Source: Azolla caroliniana
Taxonomy: Eukaryota; Plantae; Polypodiophyta
Direction: 5' to 3'
Assembly (NCBI GenBank): GCA_043228905.1
Contig: JBHGNT010000012.1
Coordinates: 17,608,001-17,672,000, forward strand
Length of the DNA: 64,000 nucleotides
Position numbers and translations under genes: made by a program
The notes under the pieces: model-generated
Databases searched by the model: none
Told to the model about the DNA's origin: nothing
The model's input: the letters and a program-made list of their open reading frames with translations, nothing else
In this document: piece by piece, positions 1-11,446 of the stretch
Numbering within the stretch: the first letter of the stretch is position 1
Layout of the letters: the number at the start of each line of letters is the position of its first letter

Positions 1-193
1 CTTGATCAACTGCTCTACTTGTTTCATCAGTTCCTCAATTTCAATGTTCAACATGGCCTACTCTTCCCTTGTCGGCTGTGATGGTTCCGACTGCGTCTCC
101 TCTGCTTCTCCAAGTGGCTGCTCCTGCTCCTGTTCATCGGTTCCTTGCCCAACTTGAAAGACAAATATGTGTGCGGAAACGTATGTGAGGACC

Positions 194-465
194 TGTCGGT
201 TGTGCTCAGCAAACAACACAGAAGGAAGGCAAGAAGATATAGACTGATAATACACACACACACACACACACACACACAGATGAAGCTTTAATGGAAGATC
301 TCTTTATTTTTGTTTCTCTCTCTCTCAGAGACTCGATGTATAGGATGATCAAATGACTCTCACTTTACAACGTTAGGTTATCACTTATATACTAAGCCCT
401 AACTATATGTACGAGTTCATACTAGGATACAAAGTGGAAGGAGTCGGCCTTTTATGTGGGCGACA
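194..465 (-). mobile_element. Probable 3' LTR of a Ty1/copia element
   Basis: TGTCG...CGACA termini. A PPT-like AGGGGAG lies immediately upstream on the minus strand (468-474). TATATAAG on minus near 383-391. Contains an (AC)n tract at 252-279. Confidence 0.5.
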
Positions 466-697
466 AACTCCCCTGTGAAAGGACTACTCTTTCCTACATG
501 TACATATGTTTGGGGTTGTCTCCCCCGTAAACCTAGATTACAACAATAATCTAAATTTATGTTACAAGTCGGTCGGCATATAGTCGAGTCGGCATAGGTG
601 AGGTCCGTGTTGAGCCTAGCCTGGCTCATTATCATGATTGATTCGGTCAACTCTTGCCTTCTGCTCCTCATTCGACTTTCTTATGCTCAGTCGCTTG

Positions 698-1045
698 TCA
701 TAGTCCCATATTTGTCCTTAGTGCTTCAAAGCGTTGATCTAGGAGTGGCTTCGTTAGGAAATTGGGGATGTTCACCTCGGTGTCAATCTTCCAGACTTCG
801 AGCCTCTTCTCGGTTATGAGCTCCCGAATGTGATGATACCGTACCTCAATATGCTTTTTCTTTGCATGATAAACAAGATTGTTGATGAGGTGTATTGCGC
901 TCTGTGAATTGCAGTAGATGGTAGGCGTTGGTCGATCGATTCGGCCTGTAGCTGAAAAATCGGCAGACAATCGGTGCAGCCAGGTCGCTTCCTTCACTTC
1001 CTCTGATGTTGCTATGTACTCGGCCTATGTGGTCGACAGGGACGT
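698..1045 (-). pseudogene. Ty1/copia RNase H C-terminal fragment
   Basis: Translation TSLSTT*AEYIATSEEVKEATWL...IYCNSQSAIHL...HAKKKHIEVRYHHIRE...NIPNFLTKPL matches copia RNase H motifs. Cut at 1045 by element A. Confidence 0.9.
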
Positions 1046-1182
1046 TGTGGTGATGTGGCATGTCTAGTGCGACAAAAAGTCAAAAATTGAGGATCCACAC
1101 ACATTTCACGAATACTTGTAAAAATGAAAATAAATAAACCTAGGTCGCAATCGCATTGAGTGCATGTAGAGGGTTGCAAGTA

Positions 1183-1237
1183 GGATTTGAACCTTGCACC
1201 TCTAAGATAAGAGGTAATTACCTTACCACTAAAGCTA
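1183..1237 (-). promoter_or_regulatory. tRNA-like Pol III A-box/B-box cassette in family A 5' LTR
   Basis: The minus strand reads TAGCTTTAGTGG...AGAGGTGCAA-GGTTCAAATCC. The T8-to-G53 distance is 45 nt, as in tRNAs. Confidence 0.7.
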
Positions 1238-1733
1238 CTACTAAGTGCTTTGGATGTTCTATATTTCTTTCTCATATTCAGTATTCCGTAGGAAACAAAC
1301 AAACAAAACCGTGTACACAAAACCACGGTTTTAAGCCCATGGTTTCCTGCATGTCACAAAGCAAAACTGTGTGCACAGATACCATGGCTCCAAGCCCATG
1401 GTTTTGTGCATGGAAAAACCTATAAAACCCTTAGTACGTCTTGTGTAAGGGGGGGGCTCAATATGATATGACCATCATCATCACCATCAATAATATAAGC
1501 TTCTATTTCTTCTTCTTCACATCTATTTCTTCTTCTTTGCATCTATCTTGTAATTATATATCTACTTCTCAAGTGTACAATCTTCAATCTTCTCAAGTGT
1601 AATAGGTCTCTCCTCCAATCTTACATTCACATCGTCCTCTTCTCAATACCTTGACGAACATCCTCCTTGGTCCAAGACCCCGGTGGTCCCGCTCAAGCGA
1701 AGCATGCTCGCACGCGCATCTTCGCGACATCTT

Positions 1734-1751
1734 TGGTGAACCCGACGTGAA
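1734..1751 (+). promoter_or_regulatory. Primer binding site, tRNA-Trp
   Basis: TGGTGAACCCGACGTGAA is complementary to the 3' end of plant cytosolic tRNA-Trp (...TTCACGTCGGGTTCACCA) and starts 4 nt after the LTR. Confidence 0.9.
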
Positions 1752-1766
1752 GAGCGGTAAGGGAGG

Positions 1767-4109
1767 ATGAAGATGGACGAGGAATATCTAATGAAGGCAA
1801 TGTCAAAGATGATGATGGAGTTTTCAAGAGAATCGAAAACACGAGATGCGGCCCAACAAGCCGTTGAAAGCATGATCAAGCGAGTCGGGTTTTTCGATGG
1901 AGGCAAAGTCCAAATATTTCTAAAGGCCTACAATGCCGAAATGGATTCAAGGGGAGTGGAGGAAGCAATGAGGTTGGAGTACTTTTGTCGAGTGGTGGCC
2001 GAACCGATCTTCGAAGAGATTAAAGAGATTCAAAAAATTCACGATTCGTGGGTGTCCTTCAAAGAAGCTTTATGAGAGTCATATGGTTACCAAGAGCAAA
2101 AGGGACGAGGTCTATATGAGTTTCACGAATGGGTGTCATCGAGAAAGACCCACCAAAGTGCTATGCATGCATTCGTTGAGTTTGAGTATCGCTTCGCTCA
2201 ACTCTCGGACTAGGATCGAAGATTGGTGGGGGCGAATAAAGTTCCGTTGTTTGTAAAGTCAATCGATCGGAATGAAAGGAAGGCCATTGGAATCCAACTC
2301 GAGGATGAGAATGGTGAAAATGGCCTCACTGAGGATTGGGCCAAAGTGGAAAGGGTATGCCGACAACACGATAAGAGGGAGATGAGATTCTCATTGACAA
2401 TAAAACGACCCACAAGGGATGTTTAAAGGAGAATGGGATGTGGCAATAAAAACCCACCGAAGGAAGAAAGCTCGAAGAGGGAAGCTTCGACAGAACTCAA
2501 CATAGAAGCCTTGATGAGAGAGGCATTCATGAACTTAAAGGAACAAGTCCAAGTTGAAGAGAAGCTGAAAACAAAACTGAGGAAAATGGTGATCGACGAA
2601 GAGGAGACCTCCCGACAAATGCAGACTAATGATGCGGCCAATACGAAGGCCCAAGTTCGGTATGATAGTACCATGGGAGAAGGTGTGAAACAAGCCACCT
2701 TCTCGAATTATGGAGGAACGACGGTCAAGAGAAAGGCCGAAGACTCGAGAGCGGGAAATGCTGCTTTAAGAGTGGACGGGCATTTCGGAACACATGTTGT
2801 GTCCGAAATATCGAGTAATGAAGGTGCAAGCATGAGGGAAGCTTGCGTGATCAAGTGATGTAAAGAGTGTGAGGTCGACATGATTGAGGCGGTAGCCACG
2901 AGGAACGACATCGTGTCGCAGATGGCTAAGGAAGATTCCATGGCGAATGACCGTGTCGAGACTTTCCCAACACTTGATCTAGAGACTTGGGCAGTTGCGT
3001 CCGAGAGCCAACATGAGACCCAAGAGACAGAAAGTGGCGGGGAAGAAAATATTGAAGACAATGCGAATAACAACATTGAGCGAAAGATGGCTATGGATGA
3101 GAAGACGGTGACCGATGGTGTTGAGGTTCTCACCACAATTGTTCCTGAGACTTGGGTAGTTGTGCCCGAGTGTCAACGTGGGACCGGAGAGATGGAAGGT
3201 GGTGGTTGGAAATCGAAGGACTGAAACGACGATGAGGAGGATGGCCACAAACGAAGGAATCCCTCCACACCAATTCTGGAGACTTCGGCAGTTGTGCCCG
3301 AGAGCGAACATAAGACCGGAGAGATGGAAGGTGGTGGCGAGGAGATGAGGGTCGACGGCAGCGCATACGGAGGAACGGTGGCCAACAAGGACGCCAAAAA
3401 CAAAGCTATAATAGAGTTTGATGAAGAGCCAGATAGCGGCAAGAAAGGAAGAACCGGAATACGATCCAGATGGAAGATGACGCGGTTGGTATTCCGACCC
3501 GAACGGAAGCCGACCCGAACGAGAGTTGATCAACCGGGCCCAACCCAACCGAAAACCGGATGGAAACTGACCCGGATGAAAGTCGATAATCTGAGTCCGA
3601 TTCGGCCGAATGCGAATCCGGACGAAGGCCGACCAAGCCAGAAGACGATTGGTCGAGATAGACAAAATTTGAACCGGCCTAGACGGAGGTCGAAGTAGAC
3701 GAGCCGCGACACCCGGTCGAGGCTAGTGAGCATAAGGAAAGGCAAGCATGAGACGAGAAAAGATGATAAAGGAAAGTTAGGTGACCAAGGAGATGGCCGA
3801 GATGAAGCTGGCACATGCACGAGGCATGAAGCGTTATGCTCGGGAGGAGCAAAGGGAGCCATGACAACTAGACCTGGCAATAAAAAAGGTGAGCAAATGA
3901 TATGGTGGATCGGATGGCAACGACAATTCGAAGTAGACGACAACAAGACGGTGCGAACGAGGCGCAAGAAAGGAGGAAATCAAACACCAACCACCTTTGA
4001 CCCTTCCACATCACTCTTTTCTTCTTGGCACATACCAGAGGATGTGCGGTTTGGTGGGGGTGGATGTCGTGATGTGGCATGTCTAGTGCGAGAAAAAGTC
4101 AAAAATTGA
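1767..4109 (+). pseudogene. gag: Gag-like ORF with a long low-complexity extension, broken only by in-frame stops
   Basis: ORFs starting at 1767, 2223, 2433, 2880, 3294 and 3726 share one frame. The N-terminus (FDGGKVQIFLKAYNAEM...DSWVSFKEAL) resembles a retrotransposon capsid. Confidence 0.7.
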
Positions 4110-4201
4110 GGATCCACACACATTTCACGAATACTTGTAAAAATGAAAATAAATAAACCTAGGTCACAATTGCATTGAGTGCATGTAGAGGGTTGCAAGT
4201 A

Positions 4202-4256
4202 GGATTTGAACCTTGCACCTCTAAGATAAGAGGTAATTACCTTACCACTAAAGCTA
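4202..4256 (-). promoter_or_regulatory. tRNA-like Pol III A-box/B-box cassette in family A 3' LTR
   Basis: Same cassette as 1183-1237. Confidence 0.7.
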
Positions 4257-4962
4257 CTACTAAGTGCTTTGGATGTTCTATATTTCTTTCTCATATTCAG
4301 TATTCCGTAGGAAACAAACAAACAAAACCGTGTACACAAAACCACAGTTTTAAGCCCATGGTTTCCTGCATGTCACAAAGCAAAACTGTGTGCACAGAAA
4401 CCATGGCTCCAAGCCCATGGTTTTGTGCATGGACAAACCTATAAAACCCCTAGTACGTCTTGTGTAAGGGGGGGGCTCAATATGATATGACCATCATCAT
4501 CACCATCAATAATATAAGCTTCTATTTCTTCTTCTTCGCATCTATCTTGTAATTATTTATCTACTTCTCAAGTGTACAATCTTCAATCTTCTCAAGTGTA
4601 TTAGGTCTTCCTCCAATCTTACATTCACATCGTCCTCTTCTCAATATCTTGACGGACATCCTCCTTGGTCCAAGACCCCGGTGGTCCCGCTCAAGCGAAG
4701 CACGCTCGCACACGCATCTTCGCGACAACGTACAGAGCTTGCTCCTATGATATTACTCTCACTCAGAATGATCTAGGTATCTCTCCTCTCTGCCGAGGTA
4801 CGCAAACCTCGGTTTATATACTTTTTCTTCATACAGAGCCGAGCCGTCAACTGACTGTGAGGCTCGAAACTTGGCGTTTTCCTACAATGTACCTTCCTCA
4901 CCTACTCTCCTTACCTACCAGCATATTTAACTAATTTATATTTCTAGCCTATGGACAACACC

Positions 4963-4978
4963 TGGCACGCCCGTGGGA
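4963..4978 (+). promoter_or_regulatory. Inverted PBS (tRNA-Arg 3'-end mimic) in the PPT position of family F
   Basis: The plus strand reads CAACA-CC-TGGCACGCCCGTGGGA. On the element strand this is TCCCACGGGCGTGCCA-GG-TGTTG (start of 3' LTR). No purine tract is present. Confidence 0.75.
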
Positions 4979-5076
4979 TAGGACTTTGTCCGTTGGACCC
5001 ACGGTTCACCATGGATTTGGCAAAACAACACGAATCACAAAAATTGCCCGTTCCTACGAGGGCTTATAGGTTGGTT

Positions 5077-5394
5077 TTATTCCTCTTCCAATATGTCGAG
5101 GATATCCTCGGGGGCGTGGGGTTGGTCTGGCTGCTCGGCAGGTGGGGTTGGTGATGGAGGGTGTGTTGCCGAGTCGGGGATGGCTGTGCCGATGTGTGCG
5201 GCCTCCTCTATTGGGATTGGTTCAGGCAGGGTCGGGGTTATAGTCTGTGGCTCCGGTGGGATGTGGAGGTCTGCAGGGGCAGGCTCCTCTGGTTGAGCTG
5301 CCGTGGGGAGTGACTCGGTTGGGATGTGGAGGTCTGTAGGGCTAGGTTCCTCCGGTTGAGTTGCCGTGGGGAGTGACTTGGTTGGGATGTGCAA
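5077..5394 (-). other. Extra Pro/Glu-rich ORF in the 3' region of family F, with 60-bp repeats
   Basis: About 2.5 copies of DLHIPTESLPTAAQPEEPAP lie between integrase and the 3' LTR. Confidence 0.45.
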
Positions 5395-5717
5395 GAAAAT
5401 GTCTATGTGTGGGGTGTGCTTGGGGTAATTGTTTTTTAGCGAACGCCTAGGGTTTTGTGCATGAAGAGGAGCCTAGAGATTCTTGATCATGGATGCCATA
5501 ATAGGATATTATGGCCACGTGTCCTAGGGAGTTAGTGTTGTGCCTTGGATGCTGTGCATGTGCCTTTAAATACTTAAGTGAATGTGAAAGTGACTAGTGC
5601 GTGCCTCTAAATATGACGTGATTTGGGTGATGTGGTAGGTGGTTTAGGTGGAACTAACTAATTGCTAAAACTATGCCTAATCCTACTTAATGTCTACGTT
5701 GGAATGTTGGTGGGTTC

Positions 5718-7208
5718 TTACCGAGGGGTATGCGTGGCCTCCTTCGTGGCATTGTCCGTGCCGTGAGACTCGGCGAAAGGGTTGGCTGGGGTATTTCCCT
5801 GGTATGGTCGCAGTCGGAATCCATTCACCCAGCTTTTGACAATTTCCCCGGCGAGGGTGCCGAGCTGGAACATGCCGTTAAACTCGTCAATAATCCAGAA
5901 GGGGCCGGTCCATCGAAATCGTAACTTTTCTGGCATAGCATCGAGTCGTGTCTGGAAAACGAGGATCGGTTTGCCTATGGTCAGTTCTTGTTCCAATCCT
6001 TTCCATTGTCAGTCCACAAAGGCTTTCCGTTGTCGTTGGTGCTGTTCAAGTTGGGCCATGCTCGCTACTCGGTCCTCGCCAAGTTCGAGGAGTTGTTCCA
6101 GCCTCAATTGTTCGTATTGGGCCTTGGGGAGCCGTGCTTTAACTTGAACTCGGAGACTCGGAACTTGGAACTCGATGGACATAACGGCTTCGAGACCAAA
6201 AGCCATCTGAAAGGGGGTGGATTGAATGCTCGTTTTGAATGTAGTGCAATAAGCCCATAATGCACTTTGGAGCTTGTCATCCCAATTGGTGCGGTTCTCG
6301 TTAACGATCTTCTTCAGGATTGTTTGGAGAATTTTGTTTGTCGATTCTTCCAATCCGTTTGCCTACGGGTAGTATGGTGTACTTTTCTTATGTACAACTG
6401 TGTAGTGTGTCGTAAGCTCGCGTATTATATGGTTTATAAAGTGCCCACCTTGGTCACTAACGAGCTCAATTGGGCATCCATAACGGCACCAAAGATGTTC
6501 GTACACGAATTTGGTCGTGGATGCTGCCATGTTGTCTCGTAAAGCCTTTGCCTCGACCCATTTTGTGCAGTAGTCCGTGACCACGATGATATACTTATTA
6601 CCGGTTCGGGCCGCGGCTGGTTTGAAGGGTCCCACAAAATCTAACCCCCATTTTTGAAATGGTTCCAATGGAAGAATGGGTTGGTGTGTCATTCGAGCTT
6701 GTTCCATCGACTATCCCAACTGTTGGCACAAGTCACACTGCCAACAGAACTCGTGGGCATCCTTTTTCGTTGTAGGCCACCATAACCCACTCTGCCATAC
6801 TTTCCTTGCCGTGAACTCTCCGGCGTAGTGTCCACCGGTGATTCCTAGGTGGGCCTTCTTCTCGAATTGTCGAATTGCCCGTCGCCATATTCCATCTGAG
6901 CCTTTGTGGTAGAGGATGTCGGAAACGAGACAAAAGTTTCGGCTACGTACTACGAGTCGTTTCTGCACATCGAGGGCCATGTGGTCGGGAGGCAGGCCAG
7001 TACTAAGGAAATGGGTCATCTCCGTGATCCATTCATCTTCTTTGTCGTCTGGCAGCGTTGTGAGATGAAATAGGCTAGCATCGCGTAAATCGTCATACGT
7101 GGACTCGGTAGGGTCTCCTGACTCGAGGCGGCTTAGGTAGTCAACGACGGCGTGTTGGACTCCGGGTCGATGCTGTATATGAAAATCAAACTCTTGTAAT
7201 AGGAGCAT
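5718..7208 (-). pseudogene. pol: Ty3/gypsy integrase (zinc-binding, core and GPF regions), interrupted
   Basis: H...GHY...CDLCQ, PFQKWGLDFVGP, VSDQGGHF, WTGPFWI. Confidence 0.9.
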
Positions 7209-7388
7209 CCATCAAGCTAGTCGACCTGTCAGGGCTTGTTTATTGACCAGGTAAAGGAGCGCTGAGTGATCGGCGTGAAATGTGAATTTTCGGCCTAAGA
7301 GGTAATGCCAAAATTTACTGATGTTGTAGATCATACCGGGGGCCTCTTGTTCGGTGGTTGAATAGTTCTTTTCCGCGGCCGAGAGACG

Positions 7389-8432
7389 TCAGCTAGCATA
7401 ATACACTGGCCGATACCAATTTGGGGGCGTGCATTGCATAAGTGCGCTCCCGATGGCGATATCTAATGCGTCCACGAAGACGTGAAAAGGTTCTGACCAT
7501 ATCGGGGGCTGCACAATTGGGGCATGTGAGAGCATTAATTTCAAACCTTGGTAAGCCTCATCCTCGATTGATGTCCATTGAAAGGGGAGTTGATGCACTA
7601 TCGCGTGTAGTGTTGTCGCGAAATCGGCCAAGTGGCGTATCATCCGGTTGCGCCATCTAATTTGTCCCAGAAATCGGCTGAGGCCTTTTGCGTTCGAGGG
7701 TGCGGGGGCGTTTAGGATGGCTTGTACTTTATCAGGGTCCATGGCGATACCTTCTTGACTGACGATGTGCCCGAGTAGGTTGCCGCTTGTGACCAAGAAC
7801 ACGCATTTTGCCGGGTTTAAACTTAACCGAGCCTGGTGACATCGATCAAGATAGAGATGTAACTGGGTCATGTGTTCCAGTCGCTGACCATATACGGCGA
7901 AGTCATCGAGAAAGACTTGCATGAACGCCGGGATATACTCATTAAAATTTTTGGTAATGATGCGTTGGAACGTGGCCGACGTTGTTTTTAAACCGAACAT
8001 CATTACTTCTGCCACGAAAACACCCCATTCCGTGACAAATGTTGTTTTCTCCTGATCATCCAGGTGCATTCTGATTTGGTTGTAACCACTGAACCCATCT
8101 AGAAAGTTGTAGCATTCATGACCTGCCACCGTGTTGAGAACGCTATCCGTGAACGGGAGAGGGAATCCATCCGTGATCGTTGTAGCATTAAGATTGCGGT
8201 AGTCGACGCAGACTCGGATTTTCCCGTTTTTCTTGGGGACGACTATGATTGGGCCTAACCATGTGGCACGTTTTACAGGCCGTATGAACCCAACTCGGAG
8301 GAGCTTGTCTATTTCTTCCTTGACCTTAGCCGCATAATTGGGGTTCATCCGGTATCGTCTTTGCTGAACCGGCCAAGCGTCAGGGAGAAGATGGATCTGG
8401 TGTTGGTAGTATTGAGGGTCCAAACCCTTCAT
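7389..8432 (-). pseudogene. pol: Ty3/gypsy reverse transcriptase and start of RNase H
   Basis: PKKNGKIRVCVDYRNLN, LDGFSGYNQI, MMFGLK, VFLDDF, FHVFVDA. Confidence 0.93.
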
Positions 8433-11161
8433 ATCTGTGTAAGACCATGCGAATACATCCTGGTAATCGGTGAGTAAGTGTATGAGGGTTGCTCGTTCGT
8501 CGGCTGGTAAGTTATTAGCAATCTGTAGGGTGTGAGGGTTCTCGTTCGAACCGAGGTTCAGTGTTTCGAGCGTTCATGCCTTCACTCGTTGGGAGATGGT
8601 GACTTCACGTTCAAAAGAGTCCCGAGCGTGTCGTAATTCTGTGATGGTGGTGGGATCGGGCTCATCCTGGGGAGGTGTATTCTCCGTGACCTCCTCGTCT
8701 AGAGGTGTGCCGACGGCCGACATGGCGTCGATTTCGAAGAGAGGTATGATAGTGGGATGATCTTCTAGGAAGTCATCCACCTTGTCATCGGCTAACCCAT
8801 TGAGCATGTGCACCCCTTCTGCGTATAACGGTGAGGTGTTGTGGGGCGTGGTTACGCGTTCTTCGGTTATGATCCGGACCTTGGTCTTTCCTCGGCGAAA
8901 CGAGATCATGTTCGCTGCCAATGTTGTTTGATATTTACTGTGTGCAACCATGGTCTGCCCAGTAACATTGGGTAAGCCCCTTGTGGTTCGAGTCGTGATA
9001 CAATGACCGAGATAGTGAACATGTGGCCTCCTAGAGTAAAGTCGAGGTGGCGAATTAATCCGATGGGGCGAACCGATCGTGTGTCGGCCATCCGAAGCCA
9101 AAAGGGGCAAGGTTCCCATTGATTTAGGCCGAGTTTATGATAGGTAGCCTCGCTAATGACATTCACGCCAGAGCCGCCATCGATTATGCACATGTGCAGG
9201 TCCCGTCCTTTAATCATAATTTTTATGGTTGGATTCTGCGCATCCATGAGGGGTGGACCCGTTCCTGGCTCGGTCAGGTGCACAGGTGGTGCGGTGGAAT
9301 GGGTGTTGGCCGTGAGTGTAGCCAAGGTGTCCTGAAAATGCGGCATGAGTGGTAAGAGTTTATGCAGAGGCAGGGAGATCCTGGAACTGGTAAGGGCGTC
9401 CCACAGCTAGTCATCTTCTGTCAACGTGGATGGTGCTGAGGACTGTGTTACTCCGATGGTCGCGTCTCCCATTTCTGTTTGCATTCGCACCACATTGTTT
9501 TTGTTGGCCGTATCAATCCATTCTTTGGCTGCTTGCCGGACTTCATCTTGTATTTGCCATGGGGTGGCCTGGGCTTTACTGCGTGTTGTGACATTTTGCA
9601 CGTTGGCCATAATACTATTCACGGCAGGAGCCTTTCCACGGTCTGTTGTTGGGCATTACGTAGCGTAGTGACCGGGTTGGTTGCACTTGAAGCAGGTAAC
9701 GTTGGTCGAGTTGTTGGTGCTAGCCTGATCTGTGTGTGGGGGGGGTGCAGTTGATTCTCGGCCTCGTGTGTTGGTGGGTTGGTCCAGGGCACGTTCGAGC
9801 TGCACGGTTCATTTTGCGGGGGGTCCCGATGACGGTTGTTGCGCGATCCTCGGTGAGAGTTGCGCCGATCATTACGGGAATTTCTCTGATCGTATCGGTC
9901 ATCCCGATCATCTTCATTCCGATCATAATCGTTGTTTGCCCGATACTGGTCATCGTGATAGCGATCACGGTGGTCGTCTGATCTCCGTCGGTTGTCGTTT
10001 CGGTAACAGTCGTCGTCTCAACGGTAATCGTCATCACGGCGCCGTCTATCTGGCGATCGGGGTCGTTGGTTATCTTGGTTCCGGTAGGATTGTCTCTCGT
10101 CCTGACGTGAGTATGTATCCCTGGACTTGATCTTGTGAACCGGGGCCATCATTGTGCGGTTGAGCATATTGTATTCACATTGCTCGACAGTGTGAGATCG
10201 GGACTGGCAAATCGGACACTGTGGCCGGTGAGGACATTCAAGGGCTAGATGGCTCGATCTCGAGCAAACTATGCATTGGAGGCTTGGCGGAAGCGATTGT
10301 CCTCCTGGGGAAGGGCGCTTTGCAGTGAACTCATAGAGAAAGTCATGCTTTGCTGAGTCCGATCGAGGGCAAGGACGCGCGCTATGACTTGCTCGATCGT
10401 TTGGTTGGCAAAATTAGTAAGTGCGAGAGTCATCCGTAGAGGCTCCCGTTAGCTGGACAGGAATGCGTCTGGAATGTGCTGTGCGGAGACATCGTCGGCC
10501 ACTTGTCTGTAGAGATCCCAGAACCGGATCATGAACTGTGTGACCGTCTCGTGCGGTTCTTGTCACATGGAAAAGAACCGTCGGAGCAATTCTCGTTTGG
10601 GCACCTCACGATGGAATAGTTCTAGGAACTGCATGCGAATGTCGTGGAAGGTGAAAAAATCCCCTGTGTCGAAACGAGAATACCATCGCACAACTGGTCC
10701 ATCGAGGGATAGCGTAAACTCGGCAATTTTTGAGGCCTCAATTTTGGTAGGCAAGAGTCGCTCTGTTGAGTGGTTGGCCTGCCAGGTGGACACGAAGGCA
10801 CGGATGTGCGACTCCGCGTCGGGGTTGTCGGTGTATCGTGGGTAAGGATACAACATGGTATCGAATTCGGGATCTTCCGGTAAAACTTGAAACGGGTTAG
10901 GGTCAGGGTGGGTGACCTCTGGAGGGCTTGGTGGAGAGGTTGGTGTGGAATCAACTCACGACCGAGTAGCAGGTGGCGAGGATTGCAACCGGTGAGCCTC
11001 CGATATTTCTTGGAAAGACTGGTCCGTGACCGCCGAGTCGGAAGTTCCTTCGACTGGCTAAGGGCATCGACCAGATGGCCGAAACCGCTTGGTGCGATTG
11101 GGGGCCGTAATGGCGACTGAAGGTTGCCTTCAACGTAGTTCGCTGTGATCTCACAGCTGTA

Positions 11162-11174
11162 ACCGGGCATGCCA
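11162..11174 (-). promoter_or_regulatory. Primer binding site, tRNA-Arg type
   Basis: TGGCATGCCCGGT lies 5 nt inside the 5' LTR boundary. The sister copy has TGGCACGCCCGGT at 47900-47912. Confidence 0.75.
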
Positions 11175-11446
11175 AATTGTGTTATCTGTTCCTTTGGAAA
11201 ACACCTTCGATGAGCCCATAGGCTATCGGTGTCAAGGGATCGTGTTACATGGAAGCTTCTTCTACACGGGAAAAAAGAGAACAAGGATCGTACACGGGCT
11301 ACAACCCGTTAAGTATGAACGTAGCCTGAATTATGAGTACGGGGAGAATACACAGCTAGGAGTTTAGAAAAGACGAAACTTATATTCCATGATAAAGCTT
11401 ATAGTGATTACAGTATTCGGCCTCAACCGGAAACAATATGTACAGA

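Larger units (their letters stand above)
1046..4727 (+). mobile_element. Non-autonomous LTR retroelement, family A (gag only, TR-GAG-like, tRNA-Trp primed)
   Basis: 5' LTR 1046-1729 and 3' LTR 4065-4727 (TG...CA, highly similar, one 21-bp indel). PBS 1734-1751, PPT 4053-4064. ACGT on both sides (1042-1045 and 4728-4731). No pol motifs. Confidence 0.92.

Noticed and set aside
1170-1245. Functional tRNA gene in the LTRs
   Set aside because: Acceptor and anticodon stems do not pair. Only the A/B boxes and their spacing are kept, so these are reported as tRNA-like cassettes.
4732-4760. Continuation of copia RNase H (ISW.SKL..CT-like) right of element A
   Set aside because: It needs a stop, a frameshift and a deletion. 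The sequence is better explained as family F LTR, though this is not fully excluded.
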